Positions 25,009 through 34,880 of a stretch of 34,880 nt of DNA are shown here, in pieces. The DNA lies in the NCBI GenBank assembly GCA_049999805.1, contig JBNGIO010006356.1:781572-816451 (forward strand). The letters are read 5' to 3'. This DNA comes from Folioceros fuciformis (taxonomy: Eukaryota). Made by a program: the position numbers and the translations under genes. Numbering within the stretch: the first letter of the stretch is position 1; the number at the start of each line of letters is the position of its first letter. The notes beneath the pieces are model-generated. The model was not told the origin of the DNA and searched no databases. It worked only from the letters and a program-made list of their open reading frames with translations.

Positions 25009-25516
25009 TCAACGCTAGCGCGACGCCATGGTCCCGTCTTCTGGACTACGAGATGGGATGCACTAGATTTGAGATGGACCTAGCTGGCTTGTACAATGCA
25101 CCCCTCGATCATGTTTTAGAGGCAGTGCCTTGCAGCTTGAAAGTATGTGTAAGTTTCGTAGGGCTGGCAGAGGATGTTGCCATGTCCATTGATCCTGTTC
25201 CGGATCCGGATATTATGTAAGGGAAGCTTGCGGCGGGTTGAAGGTCTTCGTACAAAATGCGTTGTTCACAATCGGAGAGCCGAAACCGTGACTCATCCAA
25301 GACTGTACATGATTCACGTTCATCCACCAGTCACAAATCACTATAGTGCTGCTGCACACTGGTACAATGAATCAAGAAAGTGTGCACTGAGAGAAAATGC
25401 AAGCAAGGGTAGCCTATTGCTCCATTATCTAGGCCTGCAGCTACTTGCAAGCTCCACAGTTGGCTAAAACCCAATCCAAACCTTTCTCAATCCATCCAGA
25501 CTGTTCACCAAGTCGT

Positions 25517-26167
25517 CTAGAGGTGGATGAAGGAATTGCGCAGGCTGTCGACGGTCTCGGGGGTGACGCCCAAGTACTGGGCGATGGTGGCGTCGTCGAT
25601 GGGAACGGGGGTGGCGGCCAGCAGGGCCTGAGCAACGATCTGCACTCCGGGGTTCTGGCTGTTGAGGGTGGCGAAGGCGGTGGCGTTGCCGGGGCCCACG
25701 TTCTGCTGGAAGTGCAGCAAGCCCTTGGGGAAGATGAAGAGGTCGCCCTTATACACAGTGGTCTGGAAGAGCACGCCAGCGTTGGACACGAATCCCACTT
25801 TGAGCGCGCCGTCCAGCACGTAGAAGAGCTCGGACGCCCGGTTGTGCGTGTGGGGTGGGGTCTGACCGCCTTCGGCAAAGGTGAGCAGGGCGGCCCCGAT
25901 ACCCAGATGATTCAGAGCAGGGTACTGCGCGGCAAAGGCCGGGCTCAACCCCAGCCGGAATCGCCCACCCGGCACCCCCGGGACTAGGCTGAATTTGAAG
26001 TCGTCACCTGTGAGGTTGGCCGGCGGCTTGCATGGAAAGCCGTCCCCCAGGAGCAGGCTGCTGGCCACATCCCCCACGCAAAAATCGCTTATGGCTTCGT
26101 CGGCGAATGCCGCTGCGTGCACCACGAAGAGCGCCAGAAGCGCGGCCGCGACAGCCTTGGCAGCCAT
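25517..26167 (-). CDS. Germin-like protein (secreted cupin), intronless
   Basis: Signal peptide, DFCVGD..GFPCK, germin box PPHTHNRASE, KGD motif and PKGLLHFQQN. Confidence 0.95.
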   Translation of the reverse strand: MAAKAVAAALLALFVVHAAAFADEAISDFCVGDVASSLLLGDGFPCKPPANLTGDDFKFSLVPGVPGGRFRLGLSPAFAAQYPALNHLGIGAALLTFAEGGQTPPHTHNRASELFYVLDGALKVGFVSNAGVLFQTTVYKGDLFIFPKGLLHFQQNVGPGNATAFATLNSQNPGVQIVAQALLAATPVPIDDATIAQYLGVTPETVDSLRNSFIHL

Positions 26168-28128
26168 GATGCAGGATCCGGAATAATGCTGGTTCTGACT
26201 TCGATGGGTCCTTCAGGGACCGGAGGCTGGCTGCTGCTGCGAGAGGATGTCCTTCACTCTGGACACGACGTTGGCAAGCAGAAGAATACGGATGAGAGTG
26301 ATGGAAGGAACCACGCTAAATTACACCGGGTCGCCACAGACCTTTTGTACACCGAATGAACTCCAAAGGCCTTGGTAAAAGGATTGAGACTGCCATGCCA
26401 AGGTACATGCTGTTTCAGGTTTGCAACCTGAACTGTAGCACCCCCACATGCACCCGGGAGCTGTTCCTGTTCCAGTCGCGCTCGGCGCTCGGCGCTCGCC
26501 GTATCGAACCAGCTGGACGACAGCTATCTACCCCAAACATATCCGACTTTTCCTCCGGATAAGGACGCCTACACCTAAGGGAGCTGGTGATCTGAGAGGG
26601 GAAAATGACATGGCTTCCTGTGCTCAACTTGATTGGAAAAATCCCTCTGTTTTGCAGAGAATTTGGTGGTGAGAAGATTGATACTCCCGCAACTTGGTTG
26701 TCTAGTATTCTTGGGCATCAGTGCCACCGTCACAGGCCATGTGTAGACACGGTCGCATTTTGGGGCGGGGATATTCGGGGTTTTGTGCGATCCAAATGGG
26801 GTCTTCTGTCATGCCCTGGAGACATCGTCCTGGACAACAGTAGTTTCGGATGTCAGACATCATCCAGAGAGACGAGTACACCAGCTGATGCAGAATTTTC
26901 ACCTGCACAATGTGCTGCACCTTCTCTCCAGGTGACTCTGGCTATTCTGCAAGTGACTCTGGCTTTCTTGCGTTTCATAGCAGCGGAGCACATGTGGCCT
27001 CAGATCGATCCAGGTTCAGCTTCTCTCCCCTATTTCATCCTTCCATGGCCCACTTCAAGCCTGTTCTAATTCTCAGTTGCTGCTCTAGCTATCGAACGAC
27101 AAGCCCTTTGTCAAACTAGGAACAGTGGGGGCAATAAAACAACACATCTTGGAGTTGAAAATGTTGAAGTTCGTCGACTTCTTTTGCTAACGTCGGAGAC
27201 ATAGTCTGGGCCCGGCAGTTCAACAAAGGCATGACAACGCTACCTTCCGGGTGTTCTGAACCCCTCTCCCCGAGTCACTAGCTTAACGACAGTGTTGTTA
27301 TCCCAAAAGCGTGGAGACAAAACCCATGAGCATGAAGCTCGTATATCCTCTTACAGTTGGAGGCGAAGGGGGCATCGCTAGTTCGGGGAGCAACAGTGAA
27401 AAAATGTCAAAGGGTGTGCACCTGTCCTTCACACTGAACCAAAAAAAGCAGCTGTCCTGATTTGCACACTTCACCCCGCCGTACACAGCTGTGTTGAACA
27501 GGAGGACATTGAGTGATGGTAAACAAGCAGGCTGTTCAACTCAGCCGACTAGGTCAGGGAGCACTGAACGTGATGAAGTATACGAATTCTGCCTCGTGAC
27601 AAGCAGGCAAATACCTGCACCTATTCTATCACTGGCAAGCAGTCAGGTTGGCGCTCTACGTGACTTCGCCTGATGGATCAAGTTACATCACAACCCCCCA
27701 CAGACGTTCCACAACAGATGTAGCTCACCGGGGGCCAGGTTGATTCATTCTCCACTAGTTCGCTGGGATGAAATTCTTGCCTGAAGAAGCCTAAACTTTG
27801 TGAACTCATCAAGAGCCACAACAAGAGACGGATTACGTCCTGTAGACGTGGCCTGGAAATGATTTTCTCTGCCTTTTAATCGGACAACTGCTTCATCAGC
27901 GAACCATACCCGCAGTTCTCATTCAGATTATGCCATCATTCTCATTACTTGCCTTCACAGAGCTGGCAAAGCATTGACTTAGGCTCCACGACCAGGATGA
28001 CTAGGCACGAGAGAACGGCTAGATCTAGCCTTGTCTGCTTCAACAAGTGCCTCCGACGCCACCAGCTGCACGCCAAGGGCTTCCGTTGCTGACCTGCATT
28101 CCTCACTCACTCATTCAGCAAAGTTACC

Positions 28129-28857
28129 TCACTCCCAGCTACCCTTGCTCCTTCTGAGAATCTTTTTCGATGCCATTCGTTTTTTTTCATCCAGCCGCTT
28201 TTCGTTCTCCACCTTTGCGAGCTTCTGAATCCTCTTCAGCTTCTCCTCTGACACAGGAGGAGGCTCATAAGCAGCAGCATCAATGAGCTGCTGCAACTTG
28301 GCCAGGGCGTCATCTATGTTCCCCTTTTGAGTCCTGGTTTTCGTGGAAGATATAACCAGTTCACCATCACTATTGATCCTATTCTTCTCCATGTGCATCA
28401 ATTTCGATCTCACTCTTACTGGGAGCCAGGTTGCAGCCATGACATTGAAACGCATGTCTACTTTTGTGTTGACCTTGTTCACATTCTGGCCCCCAGCTCC
28501 ACCACTTCTAGCAAAACTTACAGTCACATGATCCAGCGAGATCTTCGGCACCGTTTCTGACAAGTCAGGGACGACTTGAGAATCTAGCTCCTGCTTCCTG
28601 AGAGCTAACCTGGCTGGCAGCTTGGGTCCATCACCTCCGGGAGCATAATCCGCACACTGAGCCCTGACGCAGCTACAACTTCTGCTCTTGAACTCTCTAC
28701 ATGTCACCAGCTTTGCATGCAACGGGCCAAGGGAAAAGCGCCGGCAATGCAAACTTCCAGAAAGGAAAGGAGAAGCTCCAACACGCACGGCCGACATGCC
28801 CCTGTTCAACTGAAAGCCGCTCACACGTGCTGCCATCCTCTTCGCTGCAGAGCCCAT
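28129..28857 (-). CDS. ArfB/ICT1-type peptidyl-tRNA hydrolase (ribosome rescue), organellar precursor, intronless CDS
   Basis: FARSGGAGGQNVNKVNTKVDMRF (GGQ motif), ISSTKTRTQKGN, basic C-terminal tail KRLDEKKRMASKKILRR, and an Arg/Ser-rich N-terminal presequence. Confidence 0.93.
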   Translation of the reverse strand: MGSAAKRMAARVSGFQLNRGMSAVRVGASPFLSGSLHCRRFSLGPLHAKLVTCREFKSRSCSCVRAQCADYAPGGDGPKLPARLALRKQELDSQVVPDLSETVPKISLDHVTVSFARSGGAGGQNVNKVNTKVDMRFNVMAATWLPVRVRSKLMHMEKNRINSDGELVISSTKTRTQKGNIDDALAKLQQLIDAAAYEPPPVSEEKLKRIQKLAKVENEKRLDEKKRMASKKILRRSKGSWE

Positions 28858-29044
28858 CGCATCAGTCGGACACCACCGATGCTATCCATCAACGAACAAG
28901 TGGTCTTGGGCACCTGTGAACAAAGTTGGTGACATCGGATTGCAAGGAAGTACATTATTTAGGTTTCGGGAACCCAAAGCTTCAGGGTCGCGTGATTCTT
29001 TTTTGGTGGATAAAGCCACACGGTTTGAATGTGTCCTAGAAAGC

Positions 29045-29050
29045 CACGTG
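29045..29050 (+). promoter_or_regulatory. G-box (GCCACGTGAC) in the ~540-bp divergent promoter region
   Basis: CACGTG lies between the head-to-head ArfB-like and SDH-like genes. Motif match only. Confidence 0.3.
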
Positions 29051-29401
29051 ACACGATGCACAATTGCATCTCAGCCATGAAAAGGCAGGTGTACACTATG
29101 GGCAGATTAGCAACTGGAGTACCGGAATCACCTGATCCGGCCCGTACCTTATCAGAGAGACACCTCGTGCATCTCGGCGACAGTGAGGCTCAGTGATCCG
29201 ATAAGGTACTCTGTTAAGGTGGGGGGACCGAGATCTCGAATTCGGTATTCGCCATCTACTCCCTTGACAGCAATTACCGGACGTTGTCTGCCTGAGTGTG
29301 TAGCTCATCCCCTCACCGCGATTTGTTACTTTGGATGCCGCCTAGCAATCTTGCTCGTTTAGGATGGTGTTTGAAATTCTCGCTCTTGCTGCAGATTTTC
29401 C

Positions 29402-32031
29402 ATGGCTCAGGTGGTGCAGAGGATGTGGTGGAGCAGGCCCGAAGTCTGTGCACCTCGAATGCCCGGGAGGATAACAAGGTTCTTGTGCAGAAACGAGGCA
29501 GCCGATGATTTTCCTGAATCAAGCAAGCATAAAGTGCTTGTGTTGGGAGGAACAGGTCGGGTAGGAGGCTCTACAGTCAGAGCATTGGTCGCTAGCACCC
29601 CTCCGCTGCAAGTCATTGTCGCTGGCCGCAATCGGTATGTGCGTTGTTCCCTGTGTTCACAGCTGGAGGTTTGTCAATGATTACACACCAAGCGAGTGTT
29701 TGTGAGTTCTCCTCAGTTCTGATGTTTTGGGGACTGTGATCGTGCAGGCAAAGAGGAGAAGCTCTAGTCACCGAGCTTGGTGCGGGAACCGAGTTTATGG
29801 AAGTCGATACAAACGACGCGACATCTTTGCGAGCAGCACTTGAAGGTAATACTTGTTCCTGACCTTTATATGCAGCCTCCTAGTCCACTATCCCTATATG
29901 CAAAGTAGTTTTCCTCACTCCAGCAATTGGTCAGATTGTCTTCCCATTCTGAGCAAAATGAAATGTTGTGGGGTTGCTTGCAGGTGTAGACCTTGTGGTC
30001 CATGCTGCCGGGCCATTTCAACGGCAAGAGACGTGCCCTGTCCTGGAAGCCGCCATCTCCACCATGGTAAATGAGAAAGCTTTGTGCAACGGAATAGCAC
30101 GTGCACGTGGTGCAGTAGTTTGATATTTCAGCCCCTCAAACAGTCCTTGCTGGTGCAGGCTGAGAATCATGCTTCAATATGGTCTGCAGACACCCTATGT
30201 GGATGTGTGCGATGACCAAGAGCATTCCATACTGACGAAAAGCTATCACGAGAAGGCAGTTGCTGCAGAGGTTCCTGCTATCACTACCGCCGGCATCTAT
30301 CCTGGAGTCAGCAATAGTGGGTATTCCTTGGAAGCTTTGCAATCTCATCTGTGGGATGTGAGGAATCTGTTCAACCAGAATGCACTCTTGCACTGTCTTG
30401 TCCCGGGAGATAAGGCAATGGAGGTCAATACTATTACCCTCGTGCCGTCTCCTGAGTCTGAGTGGTTTTCTTGTCCTTGCAGTAATGGCTGCTGAGTTGG
30501 TACGATTGGCAAGGTCGGGCACAGCTGGGAGTGAACCAGAGCGGCTCCGGTTAGGCCTTACAGCTTGTCAAGATGTTGAATTCCTCTCTTCATTGTAGTT
30601 GCTGGACACCATATAGAAGGTGAAATGAGGTTGTATGAGAGCATTCCGTTATGACGTGTTCAGGTATTCTTATTATACGGCAGGCTCTGGTGGGGCAGGA
30701 CCCACAATTCTTGCAACTAGCTTTCTCCTACTTGGAGAAGAAGTGGTAGTATATCGAAAGGGTGCGTATTTTGGCTCCAACGACGTACCTTGCTAACTTT
30801 TCCTTCGAGTTCCTTAAGGGTGGCACCTGTTGCAGGCGAAGTGCTGAAACTCAGGCCCTACACAGGAGAGCGCGAAGTTGATTTCGGGAAAGCGGTTGGC
30901 AAGAAGCCAGTGTATCTCCTGTAAGGTCACGTTTCCTGCTGTGGGACCGAAGAAAGAATTAGTACTGCTCTTACCTTGGAATTTATCCTAAGTCTTCCTA
31001 GATCGGATGTGTGCTGGACCTGTTACTGTGGAAATGCAGAAATCTACCAGAAGTCGCAAGTGCTCATAAAGTACTGGGGATTCAAAGCGTTAGTGCACGG
31101 TTTGGAACCGATCCTTTCTTTTGGAACTGGGCTATGGGCGCTGTTTCGAATTTTGTGCCTCCGGTTAGTGACATGGGTATTGGGCTATGTGGACAAGTTT
31201 ACATGCTGTGGAACCGTTCCAACACTGCCAACGGTGTTTCAGGACGTTTTGAAAGATCGACTCAAAGTGAATGGTCTGGTGAAGCTCTCGGATCCCCTGG
31301 TACGAGCCATCGATGGTATCGTCGGGGAGAAGGTGTCAATGAGGGTATGTTACCACTGGCTTTTGGTATCATGTGCTTGCGCAGGACAGGTTTAGTCATG
31401 GCCATGACCGGAAGTTATTGTTTGGCCTTACACAGGTGGATCTGGAGTGCTCTGATGGCCGCAAAGCCGTGGGACTATACTCGCATAAGAAGCTGTCGGT
31501 GTGAGTGCATCATGCGTGCCTTGGGAAGCGTAGTGTCCTGTGAGTGTGGCAAGAGTGGATTCGGATCCGTTGTTATCCTGAAACGTCTGGCAAATGCACA
31601 TGCAGATGCGTTGGACTTTGTGTGGCTGCATTTGCACGGGCAGTATTGGAAGGTTGCACCCTGCCAGGAGTTTGGTATCCTGAAGAGGTAGGGATATAAA
31701 TGTGTCGTGCTAGTTCCAAAGTTGGGGGTGCTCCCTGAGCTGACTATGTCTTGCTGACTTCCCTCTTTGTCACATTATAGGAAGGTGGAATCGCACTAGG
31801 GAGCAGGCAAAAACTGCTTGAACGGGCTACAAAAGGGACGCTGAATTTTGTGATGAACAGGTGTGCGATTTTATTCGCTTAGTGTGCCTGCTATGTTGAC
31901 AGACTGGTTTGAGGCAGTACGAAGTGGTCTGATCGGTGCATGTTATGTGCTTGTCTCTTTGTTGCTGTAGACCGCCTTGGATGATAGAAACGGATCCTAA
32001 GGAGATCGGATTTGGGATTTACTTACAGTAG
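29402..32031 (+). CDS. Saccharopine-dehydrogenase-like NAD(P)-binding oxidoreductase (At1g50450-like), multi-exon
   Basis: KVLVLGGTGRVGGST Rossmann motif, VDLVVHAAGPFQ, YVDVCDD, AGIYPGVSN, YYTAGSGGAGPTILATSFLLLGE, NLPEV, SARFGTDPFFWNW, PGVWYPEE, PPWMIETDPKEIGFGIYLQ*. Confidence 0.9.
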
Positions 32032-32904
32032 ATCGCTCAGGTGAGGGCAGAGCAGAGCGCAGTTTTGTACTAGTTTGGAGCATGCGGTTGGGGATGACAC
32101 TGGAACAAGGGAAAGCGGGCATATTGCCCAGAGCGCCTGTGCACGGCCTACGTTACGTTGTGACAAAAGCTGTAAAAAGCGTATCTTGTCTGTGCGCCAC
32201 CTGCAGAGTACTCGGCATGCACTTTCCTTACACTGGTACGATGAATCCCGTTGCCACGTTCTCACAAAGCTGCCAACAAGGTAACCCTCGAAGATTCCTA
32301 TCCAACAAGAGCATGGAGAATGGGACAAACATACACGTAGAAGGGAGACGAGCTGAGCACGAAGAAGAGAAAATCATTTGTCACATGATGAAAGTGACGA
32401 AAGTGTGTGACGCAGGGAAAGCCTTGAGCTGTGATTGATTGTACTGGGGGTGGAAAACATGGAAGCGAGTATGTCCACCCATCACCCGCAATCTATTCCT
32501 ACAAACAGTAGTAGCATGCCATTGCATGCTGCTGGACTCTTGTCATGCTAGACTTTTTGTTTCCTCTTTACTGACCAACTCTCAAGCAGACTCTCAAGGA
32601 CGCAGCGGCCCATGTCCGTGGGACATGTTACATTGTACCCTGCCTATTGTGGTCCCCACTGTACCACGAACACAAAAAAGAGAAGAGAGGAAGCGGAACA
32701 TGTTACAAAAGTGTACAGAACTCAGAAACAGCAATGTGGACGATGGAGAGCAGAGGGAGAGCAGACATAGAGCGTGCGTGAATGAGAGAGAGCCATGCAA
32801 CGGACTCTGAGAGGGCAAAAATGCGGCAGGCGGGAACCACCTGAGGAGCTGGGCTGAGCTGAACTGAGGTAGGTACCTGTGAGCCGATCCTTAAATCCTA
32901 ATAG

Positions 32905-34818
32905 CTACATCATGCGACGCGCCATATCCGAGCCGTCGAGAGGAGCCACGGCTCCCCATTGCTCCCTGGCGTAGAGACAGGCTGCGGTGTAAGGCATGAC
33001 GTTGACGGCCGAACGCGAAGAAGCAGCCGGCGCGGGACCCTGCTTGGAAGCAGCTTGCACCCCCATTGCAAGGTTACGATCCAGTTCCATCCGGCCGCTG
33101 GACAGCCTCAAAGAATCAACGCCAACCCCAAGAATGGAATAATCCAAAGAGCTGGCATCCAGGCCCGCCATGTCCGAGCTCGCGGTGACGGGCTCCTCCT
33201 TCACCTTGGCGGGCAAGTGCGTGGGCCTGGAATCCAGCTCTGCTGCGGATTGCAGCCTGGCGGCCCCGTTCACGGCCGGGCCTGGACTGAAAACGTGCGA
33301 CCTGGTACTAGTGTTGGCGACGGTGACGGTGTCCATGGCAGTAGAGGAAGGAGAAGAGGCGGAGACGGAGGCGGAGGAATCCGAGGCGAGCGACGCGGAC
33401 GTCCTGAGCGCATCTAGCCGCTGTCGGATTTTCAAAGTTGCCAAGTCCGGCTTGTCATCCGAGTTGGCGGTGCAGAGGGTGGAAGCGGACGATCCCGCCG
33501 GCTGGGATGCAGAAGCAGGGATGGAGAAATTGGTTCGCGCCTTAGATCCCCGCAGCATTCTTGCGGCAGCATCGTAGGCCCTGGCAGCGTCCTCCGGCGT
33601 GTCAAACGTCCCCAGCCAGTGCCGGCATCGGCCGATGCGGTCCCGAATCTCTGCAGACCATCTGCCCCAGGGGCGCTTCCTCACGCCCCGGAAGCTGCGG
33701 CCGCTGCCGTTGGCGGCCGCCTCTTGGGCTTGCAAATTGTTACGAGCTTTCTCCCTCTCCCTCTCCCTCTCCCTGCCGGCGTCCACAGACGATCGGTGCG
33801 CGGCAGGCGGAGGAATATAGGAGGAGGAAGAGTACCTTCCCAACGGATTCATGAGCCGGTGCAAGGGATTGAGTGCAGCCCGGAGAGCCTCGTGCGCAGA
33901 GAGGTGGTGGCGCACCCGGTCCCGGTCCGATGCAGACGGCGGCGGCCTGTAATCCGAGCCCCGGCTCCTCCCGCTGCCGCTACCAGGGCCAACGAAACGT
34001 GACGCGTCCTGGGACGCGGCGGCATTGGCGTTGGTGAAGACGTTGGGGAAGTGCGGCATTCCACCATAGCTGTTGCTCCTGAGGTGGTCCGAATTGGCGG
34101 AGGCGGAGCGGGAGGGAAGTGAGGCGGTTCTTGTGTTGCCGAAGAGGACGTCGCTGCCGACCACTGCCGCGATTCCTTCTAGTGGCTCGTCTCTGTCGTC
34201 GGCCGAAAACATGAGGACGGAGGAGTTGTCGGCCGAGGCAGAAGCTGAGCAGGCGAGCTCCAACTCCCTGTCCCCGTCTACCAGCATAGGGGCAGGGCAG
34301 GGCCCGGTTGCGGCGGCGGCGGCGGCGGCTGCGGCTGCGGTTCCTGCCGTCCATGGATCCACGAGCCGGTGAAGGTCGGAGGAGGAGAGGAAGTGGACGT
34401 GGTCGGGCTGACCGTCGGAATCCCGGGAGCAGGTGGAGGAATGCGGCGGACTGGAGGTGCGGCTGGACATGGTGCCGGTGGAGGCGTAGGAGTCAAAGGT
34501 GCGGGAGGAGCTGCAGTGGAGGTCGGGCATGGTGCGGGAGGAGCTGCAGCGAAGGTCGGGCATAGTGCGGGAGGAGCTGCAGCGGGGCAGCTGGTGGTCC
34601 AGGTTGCGGGCCTGCATGAAGGTCCATCTCCCGCTGTTCTCCCCGTAGGCTCCCCCGGGTCCCCCCAAGGCTGGCACCAGCTCCTCCTCCCTGCCGCTAC
34701 TGCCGGTGGGCATGAGCGGGCCGGAGAAGGGCGGAGCAGCCGCCACGTCTGTCCAGTTGCACCTGCCCCCCATGCTGTCGCTGCTGTAACTCCGCACCAG
34801 GACGTCTTCAAGAGCCAT
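32905..34818 (-). CDS. AP2/ERF transcription factor, ERF084-like, single long exon
   Basis: AP2 domain [56 protein letters not shown] (~33526-33696) within a 637-aa low-complexity ORF. First ATG at 34818. An upstream exon beyond the window edge cannot be excluded. Confidence 0.92.
   Translation of the reverse strand: MALEDVLVRSYSSDSMGGRCNWTDVAAAPPFSGPLMPTGSSGREEELVPALGGPGGAYGENSGRWTFMQARNLDHQLPRCSSSRTMPDLRCSSSRTMPDLHCSSSRTFDSYASTGTMSSRTSSPPHSSTCSRDSDGQPDHVHFLSSSDLHRLVDPWTAGTAAAAAAAAAATGPCPAPMLVDGDRELELACSASASADNSSVLMFSADDRDEPLEGIAAVVGSDVLFGNTRTASLPSRSASANSDHLRSNSYGGMPHFPNVFTNANAAASQDASRFVGPGSGSGRSRGSDYRPPPSASDRDRVRHHLSAHEALRAALNPLHRLMNPLGRYSSSSYIPPPAAHRSSVDAGREREREREKARNNLQAQEAAANGSGRSFRGVRKRPWGRWSAEIRDRIGRCRHWLGTFDTPEDAARAYDAAARMLRGSKARTNFSIPASASQPAGSSASTLCTANSDDKPDLATLKIRQRLDALRTSASLASDSSASVSASSPSSTAMDTVTVANTSTRSHVFSPGPAVNGAARLQSAAELDSRPTHLPAKVKEEPVTASSDMAGLDASSLDYSILGVGVDSLRLSSGRMELDRNLAMGVQAASKQGPAPAASSRSAVNVMPYTAACLYAREQWGAVAPLDGSDMARRMM
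34499..34590 (-). repeat. Coding 33-bp repeat x~3 encoding (L/P)[10 protein letters not shown]
   Basis: GTGCGGGAGGAGCTGCAG unit appears three times at 33-nt spacing. Confidence 0.85.
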
Positions 34819-34880
34819 AGCCGCGGGTGGCAAGAATTCGGCTCCCTCCCAACTCCAAGTGAGCAGGGCTGGGGCTGGGC

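Noticed and set aside
26930-26970. 21-bp tandem duplication GTGACTCTGGCT..
   Set aside because: Only two copies in intergenic DNA, with no terminal repeats or TE coding sequence nearby.

Overview
Gene-dense nuclear DNA from a non-seed land plant, probably a hornwort or other bryophyte/lycophyte. This is inferred from the many 70-130 nt GT-AG introns and a TPP riboswitch on THI1. Three 100-N scaffold gaps interrupt the window. Genes in order: 3' end of a CCD7-like carotenoid cleavage dioxygenase (+); THI1 thiazole synthase (+) with a complete TPP riboswitch in its 3' UTR; a GKD-type purine-rich minisatellite; a large repeat-rich, low-complexity/coiled-coil gene of unknown function (-); beta-carotene hydroxylase (-); a ~29-exon phosphoenolpyruvate carboxylase (+); RidA (+); a 2OG-Fe(II) dioxygenase (+); a germin-like protein (-); an intronless ArfB/ICT1 peptidyl-tRNA hydrolase (-); a saccharopine-dehydrogenase-like protein (+); and an ERF084-like AP2/ERF factor (-). 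The most striking element is the PEPC. It has bacterial-style signature motifs, lacks the hallmarks of both plant-type and canonical plant bacterial-type PEPCs, and carries an in-frame N-terminal ACT-like domain preceded by a transit-peptide-like leader. All exon structures were read by eye.
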